A stretch of 64,000 nt of DNA from Tubulanus polymorphus (GCF_964204645.1 NC_134030.1:20730210-20794209), one strand, 5' to 3'; positions 1 through 13,300 are shown, counted from the first letter of the stretch. Notes: a model not told the origin generated them from the sequence alone. A program made the numbers and translations.

Positions 1-3000
1 TTAGAAAGGGATATACCCAGGAGGCGCTTATAATGATGATCGGGCTAAAATTCAAGGTAACTTACACTCGACAAATGATAAAAAATTAACATCGAATTTG
101 TACTCTAAGAGATTCCAAATTGATGTGTCATTTTATGGCATTATTAAGTATATATCACATCTATATAGGACTTATGTTAATTTCCATGGTTGTGGTGAAA
201 AATTTGAAAATTCTCGAATTCTTTCATTTCGGCCGAATATTGAAAAAGATCAATTTGGCATCGAGACACTTTAAACTCTTACAAGTCAAATATCTTTTAA
301 ATTATACGGATTAATTTACGGATAAATTAATTATGAAAATGGAAATAATGCATTTTTGCAGTCGATGAATGAATATAAATTAAATTTTAAACAGAATGAT
401 GGTTATTACACGTGGACTGATGGTAAACCATTGAGCTACACAGAGTGGTTTAAACCTACTATAATAAACGAAACGATACCAGAAGTTATTCAAGGATTGA
501 TATCTCCTCTACGAAAACAACCGATAAATGACGCCAATATGCCGTGTACGGCGATGATACTGAATAATCCACGAGGATCAGCGAACTGGGTTCGATTCCC
601 GTGTCAAATCGAGGAGACTCGAACAACTTTTATTTGTGAATCGGATAGAATTGACGTCGATTCAGAACGCGAGGATAATTCGACACTTAAAAATCAAAAT
701 ACAACGAGCATCATAGAAATAACTGATACTCATAACGATATCGTATTTCTAACAGGAAACAAGAATGATCTAAATTCCAATACATATAACTCGACTTGTA
801 AAAAAGGCTGGCAAAATGTAGACGGCAAATGTTGCCAGATTCTCACGGATTGGAACAACAATCGAGGTTTGAATATTCGAAGGGCTACGAAAATGTGTCG
901 AAACCTTCACGCTGAAATAGGTATTGTAACTTTCCATGTGGAAAATGATATAAAAGCATTAATTGACGCGTTCAGTTTTAAACACCAATATGGTGCTATA
1001 CTGACTATGGGTGCGAGGAAATTGTTTCATGTGATCGAACCAGTTTTGACACGGGATGAAATCACTTTTATCGAGTCGTTGAACTGGTCGATAAAACCAT
1101 GGAATAATCAAACAAACAACGTTCATTCCGTGCTATGTTCCTATAATGTTACTGGTGAAGAGTTGGCTATAAGCGGTTGTAAATCGTGGCAGTTTAAATG
1201 TAACGATCAAAGATGTATCAGCGACCATCGCGTATGTGATACCAGAAACGACTGTCAACACGGTGAAGATGAACTCGATTGTTCGGGTTCAAACTTACTA
1301 AGTCAGTTCCACTGTTCAGATGGACGAGTTATATCAATAAGTGGTTTTTGTGATTTTATTAGGGATTGTTTGGATGGTTCTGATGAGAACTCGTGTTTAC
1401 ACCCACTGTGTTTGCCCCAACAATTCCGCTGTATTAGTGGTCAATGTGTCGATAGATCGTACCGATGTGATGGAATCGTTAACTGTAAGGACGGCTCCGA
1501 CGAGCGGGAGTGCGGTCCGCAACTTTGCAACGGGTTTCTGTGTAACAACGGTGAATGTATCAGTTCTCTATTGTATCGGGATGGTGTTGTAGATTGTAGC
1601 GGAAGCCTCGAAGAAGATGAACTTTTAGCATCCAATGTTACAGTGAATCCTACAGTTCACTGTAATGATGAGAACCAATGTACGACTAATTTCACAAATC
1701 TCTGTACAGAATCTGATGAACAAAGATGTTCTTTCGATTCTCCTCATTGTTATTCGAGACGTCACAGATGTATTTTAGAAAGGATGCCGATTGGTTACCC
1801 GGTATGTAGAAGGCTCGAACATATACAAGGTTGTACTGATTTCAAATGTCCAGCTGGTACTGTAAAATGTCCAGCATCTTACTGTATACCGATGGGACAG
1901 GTGTGCGATGGTCGATCCGATTGTCCTAATTCAGAAGACGAGCGAAACTGCGAGACTTTGTCATGTCCGGGAATGTTCAAATGTGGCCGGGAAAACCTAT
2001 GTATACCTCAATCTGAGGTTTGCGATGGTGTCACAAATTGTAAACATACCACTGATGACGAGTCTTACTGTGACGTCACGTGTCCTAAGTACTGTAAATG
2101 TCAAGGTCATTTAATTGATTGCAACGATGCTGGTTTAGTAGAAATTACTGATCTTTTCTCGGCATCAACTCGAGTTCTGATTTTATCAGAAAACCGAGTT
2201 GTATTCAATGAGTCCACGTTTTCTTCTTACCTCTATCTACATTTCCTCAATATTTCGCGTAACAATTTGTCTTATATTGTTCCAAACTCGTTCTTTAACC
2301 TGCATAATCTACATACATTAGATCTTACATATAACCGCTTAACGTTATTGTCCGCGAATACATTCGCCGGTTTGTATAGTGTGAAAATACTTCTGATGTT
2401 TGGAAATCCAGTAAGATATTTAGGAGAAGGCAGTTTTCTAGGTTTAAAGTCATTAACTGATCTCGATCTTCACGGACTTTCCTTGTCGCTACTCGGTGGA
2501 AATGTGTTCCGTGGTTTATCAGCTTTAGAGTCGTTAAATATCAGCAGTAATGTGATCAAATATATTTCACCAAATGCTTTCGCCGGATTAACAAAACTAA
2601 GAAATCTGGATCTAACCGAAAATTCTGAAGTCATATCCGTACAAAGAAACGTTTTTGACAGTCTTACATTATTGAGTTCTTTGGCTTCTGACGCGTACAA
2701 ATTTTGTTGCATGGTTCCGAAAGTTGACCAGTGTCTTCCGGAAGCTGACCAATTTTCATCTTGTTCCGACCTGATGGGTAACACTGTTCTTAGAGCAATC
2801 ATTTGGGCGATCGCTTCATTCAGCTTTTTTGCAAACATCATCGTAATTTCACTTCGCGTTCAGGCGTTACGCATTTCATCCTCTGAATCACGTAACACAT
2901 CCTCTGATATCCTCATCATTAATATTGCCTCCTGTGATTTTCTGATGTCGATTTATCTGTTTCTGATCGCAGGAGCCGATTACGTCTATAAAGGTGTTTA

Positions 3001-3688
3001 TTTCCTAAATTCTGAAAGTTGGACAGATAGTTCATTGTGTCGACTCGCTGGGATTATAGTGACTCTTTCTTGCGAGGGATCTTTGATTTTTCTCCTCATT
3101 CTAACCCGTCAGAGATACTCAAATATCGTCGATCCATTTTCTGGAAGCCCAATTATATCTTCGAATTCTGTATCCGGGATTTGTTGCATATGTTGGATCA
3201 ATTTAAGCATCGTTTCAATGCTGCCGCTGTCGTCATCTTCTTATTTCGGAAATAACTTTTTCGGCACAACCGGTGTTTGTCTACCTATGAATTTACTATC
3301 CATCAATGTCCACGCCTGGCAATATTCATTCGCTATATTTGCCGTGTTTAACTCGGTCGTACTTGTTACAATAATGATGACGTATGCACAGATGTATAGA
3401 CTCGTATCTGGAAGCAGGTCCGGCTCGGGTAGAGCTGATCCTACCGAATTGATTCTGGCGCGTAGGAGTTTAGTGATAAATCTGTGTAATCTATTTTGCT
3501 GGTTACCGATAATTATCGTTCAGTTTTGCGCTGTATTCCGAGTAGAAATACCGAACCAAGTGGCGGCTTGGTTGGCGGTACTTTTCCTACCGATCAACTC
3601 GTCACTGAATCCACTTCTTTACACCATCCTCACTATCGATGTTAAATCTATTCGTGCTAGAAATAAACGGGTTTTCAGAACCCGCTGA
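1..3688 (+). CDS. GRL101-like LDLa-LRR GPCR with CUB/C-type lectin ectodomain, copy A (5' partial); exons <1-56, 395-3688
   Basis: Donor AAG|gtaact after 56 and acceptor ttttaaacag|AAT at 395 (phase 0) join IGLKFK to NDGYYTWTDG (C-type lectin). Downstream: LDLa repeats (C..G.DE..C), LRRNT CPKYCKC, LRRs, hinge FSSCSDLM, 7TM with CWLP and NSSLNPLLY. Confidence 0.92.
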
Positions 3689-3867
3689 AACAATCGTCTG
3701 TCGATATTAACCTTGTCGAACTCTAATCAGAATATGAAAATATTTCAGATGAACTCGATAAACATGGAGGAACTAATTGCGATGTAGTTCAATGCAGCGT
3801 TTAATCTTATTTCACGTAAATTGATTGTAAATCTTTATATGATTCACTTGTGTCGTTTTGTTGCATG

Positions 3868-3873
3868 AATAAA
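3868..3873 (+). terminator. Probable polyadenylation signal of receptor copy A (conserved in all copies)
   Basis: AATAAA about 180 bp after the stop codon, in the context ttgcatgAATAAAaatc in all six copies. Confidence 0.55.
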
Positions 3874-4365
3874 AATCAATTCAACATTGAACATTTCTCT
3901 GTCTATATTCAATATTTCCATAGGTCAAATATTGAAATCTTTGGGAGGCACTTGACGTTTAAATGTTTCTTATTAACTTATGGTTAGTAGAATACAACAT
4001 TAATTATTCCAACTATTTCACTTCATAATCGTTTATTCTATGCTCTAGTTCATCTTATGGGTGCTTTTATTTACTGGCAGTGAATTGATCCGCAGCTAAA
4101 TTCTATCGTCAAAAAGATGACACGATTTATATACGAAGTTTACAAAATAACTTTCTGAAATAAAAGTTAAGTAGATTGTTGAAAAAAAAGTTAAGCACAG
4201 TAATTATCATATTTAAATCCGGAGCTCTTTTTATTCTTTGGTTATCGGGTTTCTGTGTTCGTGGTCGGCTTTCTCACCAGGGACGACTGGAGTTTATAAT
4301 AGAGAAGAACGACAAGAGAGAAAGGGAGAGAATGGAGCATGACAATCGCCGCCGAAACTAGACTA

Positions 4366-4490
4366 GACTGGTCACCGCAGCCGAACGGTAACCTCGTAAA
4401 CCCGTTAGATATTCAAACTACCAGTTCGGCAGTCGATCGATTGATTAGCGCATAATGCTAACTCCTGGTCGTCCCGGGTTCGAGACCTCA
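4366..4490 (+). mobile_element. tRNA-derived SINE-like repeat between the convergent genes (present in each unit)
   Basis: B-box-like GGTTCGAGACC at 4477-4487 with an upstream TTGATTAGCGC. A diverged homologue starts at 63228. Confidence 0.45.
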
Positions 4491-4741
4491 TTATGGGTTA
4501 ATTCATTCTATCTAGCGGGTGTTTCCCTCCTTTTTGGAAGCTCATCTTGCGAAAAAAAGAACGTGAATAAAGCTGAAAATCATTGGCAATTGAAGGATTC
4601 AATGACAGATGGTGTTGTCATTGAATAGTGTATTTGGTAATCACTCTCTACATCTCTACTTTTATCAATGATTCCCGATGACTGTTATACCGGTCATAAG
4701 AAAAGACTTAAGGTGGAATTGCGACTTTAATTCGGGATACT

Positions 4742-5341
4742 CTAGCCTTTAAAGCTCTCCTCGTAGGGTGTATAATCATAGCTCTCCCCATAGCCGTCAT
4801 CATAGCTCTCCTCGTAGGGTTTATAATCATAGCTCTCCCCATAGCCATCATCATAGCTCTCCTCGTAGGGTTTATAATCATAGCTCTCCCCATAGCCATC
4901 ATCATAGCTCTCCTCGTAGGGTTTATAATCTTAGCTCTCCCCATAGCCGTCATCATAGCTCTCCTCGTAGGGTGTATAATCATAGCTCTCCCCGTAGCCA
5001 TCATCATAGCTCTCCTCGTAGGGTGTATAATCATAGCTCTCCCCGTAGCCATCATCATAGCTCTCCTCGTAGGGTGTATAATCATAGCGATAATCACTGG
5101 AATATCCTGTAAGGAAAATCCGCTCTTAATAAACGTAAAATTTAAGAGAATGAAATGGTTTCCTGGCTTTTAAACATTACTCTTGATTAATTACAATGAA
5201 TCCGACTAATACGCGTTTTGCACACAGTTCGATCTTCTAGGCTCACCTTCGAGGGATTGAGAGTCTTTAAACGCGATACTTACCTGGAGCGGCGGCAGCC
5301 ACGGCCACAAGGGCCATCACGACAAGGAAAACTAACTTCAT
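4742..5341 (-). pseudogene. S1: secreted acidic Tyr-rich repeat protein; exons 5341-5284, 5106-4742; internal TAA at 4933-4931 truncates it to 77 aa
   Basis: ctacag|G ATG begins MKLVFLVVMALVAVAAAAP G|gtaagt; acceptor ttccttacag|GA TAT gives GYSSDYR(YDYTPYEESYDDGYGES)n...FKG*. TAT>TAA at the start of repeat 4. The truncated product could still be expressed. Confidence 0.78.
4754..5086. repeat. Coding minisatellite of 27-bp and 24-bp modules (51-bp higher-order unit); variable arrays also at ~14950-15210, ~25020-25300, ~35055-35290, ~45075-45310
   Basis: Repeats of gctctcctcgtagggt(g/t)tataatcata and gctctcccc(a/g)tagcc(a/g)tcatcata. Confidence 0.95.
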
Positions 5342-5441
5342 CCTGTAGACAACAAGAAATATATTCCTTACACATTTCCATTACATTTAGGCGTACACAA
5401 CTAACGAATCGTACTAGCGACAAGAAACGTACGTAAGACGA

Positions 5442-5687
5442 CAGCGGCGGATCCCGGATTTCAGGGAGGGGTGCACAATAAATAGGCAGAGGGTCTGGGC
5501 GTCCTCCCCTAGTAATTTTTCAAAAACAAATGCGTGGAGACGCGTTCTAGACACGATCATAGTACCGCAAATTTAATAGCGATTTTACCCTAATTTCACT
5601 TCATTATTTATGGAAAGCAAATCCCTGAATAGCGAGGACTTTAGGAGGGGTGCACGCGTACCCTGTGCACCCCTGGACACGCCGCTG
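5442..5687. mobile_element. MITE in intron 1 of S1 (also ~15565-15807, 25655-25898, 35644-35886, 45665-45908)
   Basis: Imperfect TIRs CAGCGGCGGATCC(A/C)GG ... CCTGGACACGCCGCTG. Absent from the homologous intron of S6 (~56680), which shows the empty site. Confidence 0.75.
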
Positions 5688-5801
5688 AATAAGAAACAAT
5701 TCACGCAAATTCGATCGGGTTTTCTGTACCCTGAATTTCGTTTTAATTGAAAATAGATTCCAGATGTAACAGTACAGGATTCCACAATGACCAACACGTA
5801 C

Positions 5802-5902
5802 CTGATACTAACAGGGCGGCACTTTTCCGAGATAAGACGCTGATCTGTTTTCGAGTTTGGTTTTATACGCGTTTTGCGGGATATGAATCATTTCCACAGG
5901 TG
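5802..5902 (-). promoter_or_regulatory. S1 core promoter and short non-coding first exon (CACCTG E-box, TATAAAA, conserved TCTTATCTCGGAAAAG); repeated upstream of S2-S5
   Basis: Minus strand: CACCTG 5902-5897, TATAAAA 5867-5861, motif 5838-5822, donor CAG|gtacgt at 5802/5801. Confidence 0.72.
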
Positions 5903-6407
5903 AAGTTAATTTCTTATTTTCAAGTATTGCATAATAGATTTTTTACGTTGAATTCGATCATAAATCTGTATTGTATCACTTGCAACTGCCCTCTACCCGT
6001 AATCTATGTATGAATCGGATAGACGATGACATAGTTCGAAGTCGCAAATTTGCATTCAATAAATATAACATTCAAATCCACGTTAGTGCTTTAGTAAGCG
6101 TTAAAGCTAGATTATAGTGAAACGCATTGATCTTCATTACTAATGCATCCTCGCTTGCCAACCTCACTCGCAAACCATTCATCGATCGATTGATGCCCCC
6201 AAAACATTTTTGGCGGCAACCTGTCCGCCCAGGAATTTTTGGCGTTACAGGAAAATTTGCGGCACAAAAGTTCAAGTTCATTTATTTCATAGATAAGAAC
6301 ATACTTTGTACATATATGCTAGAAATGTTTACAATTAGGCCTAGGGGATTGCCTGTATACAATCACTGAAGCAAATTTCACGAATAAACTATATATAGGC
6401 CTAAACA

Positions 6408-6505
6408 TCGTCACCCGTCAAGGGATTCGAACCCACTACGCTAAAGCTGATCCCCGAACCCCTATAGACCTCACGAGTCGTTGGAGTCGTTACTAGCCGA
6501 CCAGA
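6408..6505 (-). mobile_element. tRNA-derived SINE-like sequence (present in each unit)
   Basis: Minus-strand GTGGGTTCGAATCCC T-arm/B-box; no complete cloverleaf seen. Confidence 0.4.
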
Positions 6506-6734
6506 ATCCAATCGTACCAATCACAGCGCTTGTAACAAACAACATGAGGCTTCTGTTTGTTTTCCCGTTCGGTTTTTCCGTTCCACTCAGACGCGAGGAA
6601 TAAGTAACACCAACTATTCTAAGAGGTTAGAACGAAATTTAGTGATCGAACCAAAATTCAAGAAAAACAAGTCGTTTCGGGCGCGCTGTATATATTAGAT
6701 CGGTTCTAACGCGATTCGTAAAGAAACGTCGTGA

Positions 6735-6935
6735 TTACATCCTGAGACACAGTCACGTTCCGCCTCACAGGGATTCGAACCTGATGACATCGAGAGACTT
6801 TTCTGCGTTCCGCCCTCACATGGTTTCGATCCTGGTACATCGTGAGACTTGGTCAAGTTCCGCCCTCGCAGGAATTCGAACCTGATAACATCGAGGGTTC
6901 TGCGAGGTTCCTCCCCCGTAGGGATTCCAAAGTGT
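6735..6935 (-). repeat. Degenerate 50-bp tandem repeat, each unit with a Pol III B-box-like core; 3-4 units per array copy
   Basis: Cores gggattcgaacct, tggtttcgatcct, ggaattcgaacct and gggattccaaagt at ~6770, 6821, 6871, 6921. Homologues at ~16.9, 27.0, 37.0 (3 units) and 47.0 kb. Confidence 0.75.
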
Positions 6936-7362
6936 CTCCATTGTGAAGTTCCATAGTTGTGTGGGTTTGATCTGACGCTTGACCCAGTTCCACAGTTGTG
7001 TTCAATTATTTCGATATTCAAATAGTAATGAATTATGTTCTATTTCCATCGTAAACATTTCTACTGAACTGAACGCGTTATGTAAATATCCAGCAGTTGA
7101 AAATGAAAATTTTATCGCAGCGAAATCGACGTGTATATGTTTAACAAACGTCGGTAATTACTGGAAAATCGACTCGGATGAATAAAAATCTTGCGAAAGC
7201 GCACGAAAATTTGAATTTTATATCAGAAATAATTGCAGCAGCAACGAAAAATATCTATTTCAAAGAATTCGCTGCAAATTTTCTGATTGGACGAACTGTA
7301 ATTTGTGTCGATTTCGTAAAGCTATGCAAGTTTTGATTATTCAGTAGAGATTGTTGTTCGGT

Positions 7363-10300
7363 ATGGATCGACTGAGAGCGCTGTTTATAGCGTCGCTGAT
7401 CGTCTGGCGAGTTAACATCGCACACGCTGATCTGTCTGACTCTGTGACGGTCAGTTCGTCTTGTAACAACACTTGGTACCCCGTCGATTCTACGTCCGGT
7501 TACATCGTTTCACCGAATTACCCGTCGTTTACGCGCGGTGTTGAATGTCGTTGGTTCGTCAACAGCTCTTTACCGGGCACTTTCAACATCAAACTATACT
7601 ACGACATCGAGCCGTCGATATTCTGTAGTGATAACTACCTTCTCGTCGGTGAGTTCGATAACAGATTCTGCGGTGAAGGAAAACATGAAATCCGCCGTAA
7701 CGATTCGATCTCGTTGATGTTTAGAAGTAACGTCGATGGTGCGCGGGGTAGTCGGGTTTATATCATATATCGTTATGACCGAAACAATTTGAAGTTTATT
7801 CATAACTGCATAATATACAAACAAAGAATAAACATATTACCAACTTCGACAGGATACAAATTCGCAATATATTTAAAACGATGTATATTATATTTGGAAT
7901 GAATCGAGATCCCAGATGGTTTCGCTATGAATTTGACGTTTACACAAATAGATTTCAGATTATATCCTGGCGCTGATTCAGTGACAACTGTTCAAATTTA
8001 CGACGGATGGAACACCAGTGAACCTATAGCTGTTATACCAGAACAAACCGGACATCCACCTTCATCATTCTATACTAAAACTAACAAAGCCATTATTGAT
8101 ACACATCTATTGTTCTTTAAATCACAACTATCAGTTCACGTATATAGAATATCTGATTGGAACGTCTCTAATCCGCTAATTCAAGTCTCTAATAACGAGT
8201 CTGGAGTGCTCATTACCGATGACAACAGTTTACACGTAATAACTCGATCAAAACACTTACACTGCTGGTCTATCACAGTGCAGGTGTTACAGTACGTCGT
8301 CTTCAACTGGACACGTGATCTCAGCACATCCGGTGACGTCATTGGTGTATATAAACTAGAAGGGTTACGCGTTGTAGGAACTGATATTTTACTCGGTTAC
8401 AACTACCTGGAATCACTGAGTGTTAAATCTGACGGCTTTCTCGTCATACTGTGCGTTTTATTAAGACCAGGTGATTTACAATCGAATGTAAAAATTGATT
8501 TTGACGTGAAATCTATTTCTATGGGAGACGTACAAGTCCGCAAACCCAGGGTGAGTAACAAATGAAAAGTAACTGAAATAGGAAATATCAATTTTCATTT
8601 AGCATGAAATGATGATGTGAATAAAAATCGTTAGATGAAATTAATTGAACTACAGACTGAAATGTAATAAGAAATGTGAAACATGGAAATTTTAAATGCC
8701 AAAAATGATTTCAAAAATACTTTTTATTGCAATATTAAAAATTTGACAAGAAAAAAATGGTTGTTACGGTTTTGAATATGAATATAAGATGTTGAGTGTA
8801 AGATTTATTTCAACAACATATTCTTTATTTCTAGAAAAAGTTCAGATGATGATTTATTTTGTAGATACCTGGCTACAGTTACAATTTACATTCTCAATTT
8901 CTGTTCCCGACGACAAAGAAGACAATATTATCGTATCGTATAAATACATTAGAATTTAAACGGAAAGTTGATATCTATGATGATGGATTGAAACTAACAG
9001 TTTTATCAGAGACGTGCGAGAGAGCTATATTTTATATATATGATGGTGGTAATTTTACAGCTAGACGCTATGGTCCGTATTGTCCTGATGGTCAGTGGTA
9101 CGGTCGTAACGTCGTCAGTCTGATTACATCAGGAGGACCGGTTACTGTAGTAGGGTACGCTTATAACTGGGACGATTGGGTCCCAGTAGTAGGAGTCAAT
9201 CGAATCCATTCATTAACAAGAGGAGGTTTTCTCAGATTCAATCCTTCTGATTGTGACGGGTATTTTCTACAGGAAGGAGAAAATCAGATCAATATGACGT
9301 CACACTGTCTCGTGATTACACCTGAAAACCGGCGCCTTCCTTTAGAAAATATAGATATATTATCAGAATATGAATATCAAATTGACGCATGTTTTCCTGA
9401 GCGAAAGTCGAATAGTAACTGTGACATGGGAATGAGTTTATCAAATCAGTTGCTCAATAACAGTTTCGTTTTGAACACTTTGAAATTGTTCCACAAATAT
9501 CAATTCTGGAATTATGAGTCAATAGTTAAACTACGTCGTAAATGTCAAGGAGTAAAAAAACCTACTCAATCTAAATTCGGGCATTCATTTTTCCCGGATA
9601 AGGATGAATGTGGAATCGTACAATCACCGAACTATCCGGGATCAGCGGGATATACTTCGAAATCTTCTTATTATCGCTTTGAAAATCCGATTGAAAATGA
9701 TCGAATTCAATATTACAGATTTATAATCAAATTTATTCAGACTTTACCGTGCAATAAATTATCAAGATTTGACAAAGATCCAATTCTATTCAAACAACAA
9801 ATACATGACTTTTACGATAATGGAGTAGTTATTTCAGGAAGCGGAACCGAACATCAAACTAATATATGCGGAACTATTGCTAAACGCGGAAGTGTATTTC
9901 ATAGTTTGATCGACAATGATTTGCAATTTGAGATAAAGGATCTCGTTCCCACATTTCAAATACAATATAATTTAAAAAAGTCGTTACCAATAAAACAGTT
10001 TGATAAAATCGGCTGTAAATCAGGATTTCTAGATTCGGGAATTTCCTGCGTCAAATACATCAGAGATGAACGTCGGAATTGGGAGAACGCTGAAATGTAC
10101 TGTCAACAGAAATACGGAGGACATCTTCTCAGTATCAACTCACAAGATGAAATGATTTCTGTCAAAAGATTATTCGCCACGAAACTGCTTAGAAAGGGAT
10201 ATACACAGGAGGCGCTTATAATGATGATCGGGCTAAAATTCAAGGTAACTTCCACTCGACAAATGATAAAAAAATCAACATCGAATTTGAACTATAAGAG

Positions 10301-13300
10301 ATTCCACATTGACGTCTCATTTTTTGGCATTAGAATATTTAAGTTAATATCACATCTATATAGGACTTATGTTAATTTTCATGGTCTTGGTGAAAAATTT
10401 GAAAATTCTCGAATTCTTTCTTTTCGGCCGAATATTGAAAAAAATCAATTTGGCATCCAGTCACTTAACACTCTTGCAAATCAAATATCTTTAAAATTAT
10501 ACGGATTAACTTCAATAGATTAATTATGAAAATTGAAAAACCATTTTTGCGGTCGATGAATGAATATGAATTAAATTTTAAACAGAATGATGGCTATTAC
10601 ACGTGGACTGATGGGAAACCATTGAGCTACACAGAGTGGTTTAAACCTACTATGATAAACGAAACGATACAAGAAGTTATTCAAGGATTGATATCTCCTC
10701 TACGAAAACAACCGATTAATGACGTCAATATGCCATGTACGGCGATGATTCTGAATAATCCACGAGGATCGGCGAACTGGGTTCGATTCCCATGTCAAAT
10801 CGAGGAGACTCGAACGACTTTCATTTGTGAATCGGATAGAATTGACGTCGATTCAGAACGCGTGGATAATTCGACAATTAAAATTCAAAATACAACGACT
10901 ATCCTAGAAATAACTGATACTAATAACGATATCGCATTTCTAACAGGAAACAAAAATGATCTAAATTCCAATACATATAACTCGACTTGTAAAAAAGGCT
11001 GGCAAAATGTGGACGGCAAATGTTGCCAGATTCTCACGGATTGGAACAACAATCGAGGTTTGAATATTCGAAGGGCTACGAAAATGTGTCGAAACTTTCA
11101 CGCTGAAATAGGTATTGTAACTTTCCATGTGCAAAATGATATAAAAGCATTAATTGACGAGTTTAGTTTTAAACACCAATATGGTGCTGTACTGACCATG
11201 GGTGCGAGGAAATTGTTTCATGTGATCGAACCAGTTTTGACACGGGATGAAATCACTTTTGTCGAGTCGTTGAACTGGTCGATAAAACCATGGAATAATC
11301 AGACAAACAACGTTCATTCCGTGCTATGTTCCTACAATGAAACTGGTGAAGAGTTGGCTTCTATAAGCGGTTGTAAATCGTGGCAGTTTAAATGTAACGA
11401 TCAACGATGTATCAGCGACCATCGCGTATGTGATACCAGAAACGACTGTCAACACGGTGAAGATGAACTCGATTGTTCGGGTTCAAACTTACTAAGTCAG
11501 TTCCACTGTTCAGATGGACGAGTTATATCAATAAGTGGATTCTGTGATTTCATTAGGGATTGTTTGGATGGTTCTGATGAGAACTCGTGTTTTCATCCCC
11601 CGTGTCTGCCCCAACAATTCCGCTGTACTAGTGGTCAATGTGTGGATAGATCGTACCTATGTAATGGAATCGTTAACTGTGAGGACGGCTCCGACGAACG
11701 GGCTTGTGGTCCGAAACTTTGCAACGGATTTCTGTGTAACAACGGTGAATGTATCAGTTCTCTATTGTATCGGGATGGTGTTGTAGATTGTAGCGGAAGC
11801 CTCGAAGAAGATGAACTTTTAACATCGAATGTTACGGTGAATCCTACAGTTCACTGTAATAATGATAACTACTGTACGACTAATTTCACAAATCTCTGTA
11901 CAGAATCTGATGAACAAAGATGTTCTTTCGATTCTCCTCATTGTTATTCTAGACGTCATAGATGTATTTTTGAAAGGACGCCGATTGGTTACCCGGTATG
12001 TAGAAGGCTCGAACATATACAAGGTTGTACTGATTTCAAATGTCCAGCTGGTACTGTAAAATGTCCAGCATCTTACTGTATACCGATGGGACAGGTGTGC
12101 GATGGTCGATCAGATTGTCCTAATTCAGAAGACGAGCGAAACTGCGAGACTTTGTCATGTCCCGGCATGTTCAAATGTAGCCAGGAAAACCGATGTATAC
12201 CTCAATCTGAGGTTTGTGATGGTGTCATAAATTGTAAACATACCACTGATGACGAATCTTACTGTGACATCACGTGTCCTAAGTACTGTAAATGTCAAGG
12301 TCATTTAATTGATTGCGATGATGCTGGTTTAGTAGAAATTACAGATATGTTCTCGGCATCAACTCGAGTTCTGATTTTATCGGAAAACCGAATTGTATTC
12401 GATGAGTCCACGTTTTCCTCTTACCTCTATCTACATTTCCTCAATATTTCACGAAACAATTTGTCTTATATTGTTCCAAACTCGTTCTCAAACCTGCATA
12501 ATCTACATATATTAGATCTTACATATAATCGCATAAGATCATTGTCTGCGAATACATTCGCCGGTTTGTATAGTGTGAAAATACTTCTGATGTTTGGAAA
12601 TCCAGTAAGATATTTAGAAGAAGGTAGTTTTCAAGGTTTAAAGTCATTAAGCGATCTCGATCTTCACGGACTTTCCTTGTCGCTACTCGGTGGAAATGTG
12701 TTCCGTGGTTTATCAGCTTTAGAGTCGTTAAATATCAGCAGTAACGTGATCAAATATATTTCACCAAATGCGTTCGCCGGATTAACAAAACTAAGAAATC
12801 TGGATCTAACCGAAAATTCTGAAGTCATATCCGTACAAAGAAACGTTTTTGACAATCTGACATTATTGAGTTCTTTGGTATCTGACGCGTACAAATTTTG
12901 TTGCATGGTTCCGAAAGTTGACCAGTGTCTCCCGGAAGCCAACCAATTTTCATCTTGTTCCGACCTGATGGGTAACACTGTTCTTAGAGCAATCATTTGG
13001 GTGATCGCTTCATTCAGCTTTTTTGCGAACAGCATCGTCATTTTACTTCGCGTTCAAGCATTTCGTAATGCATCTTCTGAATCACGTAACACATCCTCTG
13101 ATATCCTAATCATTAATATTGCCTCCTGTGATTTTCTGATGTCGATTTATCTGTTTCTGATCGCAGGAGCCGATTACCTCTATAAAGGTGATTATTTCCT
13201 AAATTCTGAAAGTTGGACAGATAGTTCATTGTGTCGACTCGCTGGGATTATAGTGACTCTTTCTTGCGAGGGATCTTTGATTTTTCTCCTCATTCTTACC

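Noticed and set aside
1341-3255. Short ORFs overlapping receptor exon 3 on either strand (repeated in every unit)
   Set aside because: Alternate-frame by-products that recur only because the DNA is duplicated.
4754-5086. Possible CRISPR array
   Set aside because: No unique spacers and no cas genes; eukaryotic context; it is a coding minisatellite.
4708-5112. His/Ser/Arg-rich (+), Met-rich (-) and hydrophobic (+, 14877-15296) ORFs over the minisatellites in each unit, and 55627-56064
   Set aside because: Shadow frames of a stop-poor repeat. Only the YDY/YEES minus frame is joined by canonical, phase-matched splice sites to a signal-peptide exon and a TATA promoter.
6408-6935. Functional tRNA genes
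   Set aside because: Only T-arm/B-box motifs are visible; I could not fold an acceptor stem and anticodon arm. tRNAscan-SE would settle it.
7900-7902. TGA in copy B as selenocysteine or programmed readthrough
   Set aside because: It aligns to Trp (TGG) in the other copies and no SECIS was recognised; a simple nonsense transition fits.
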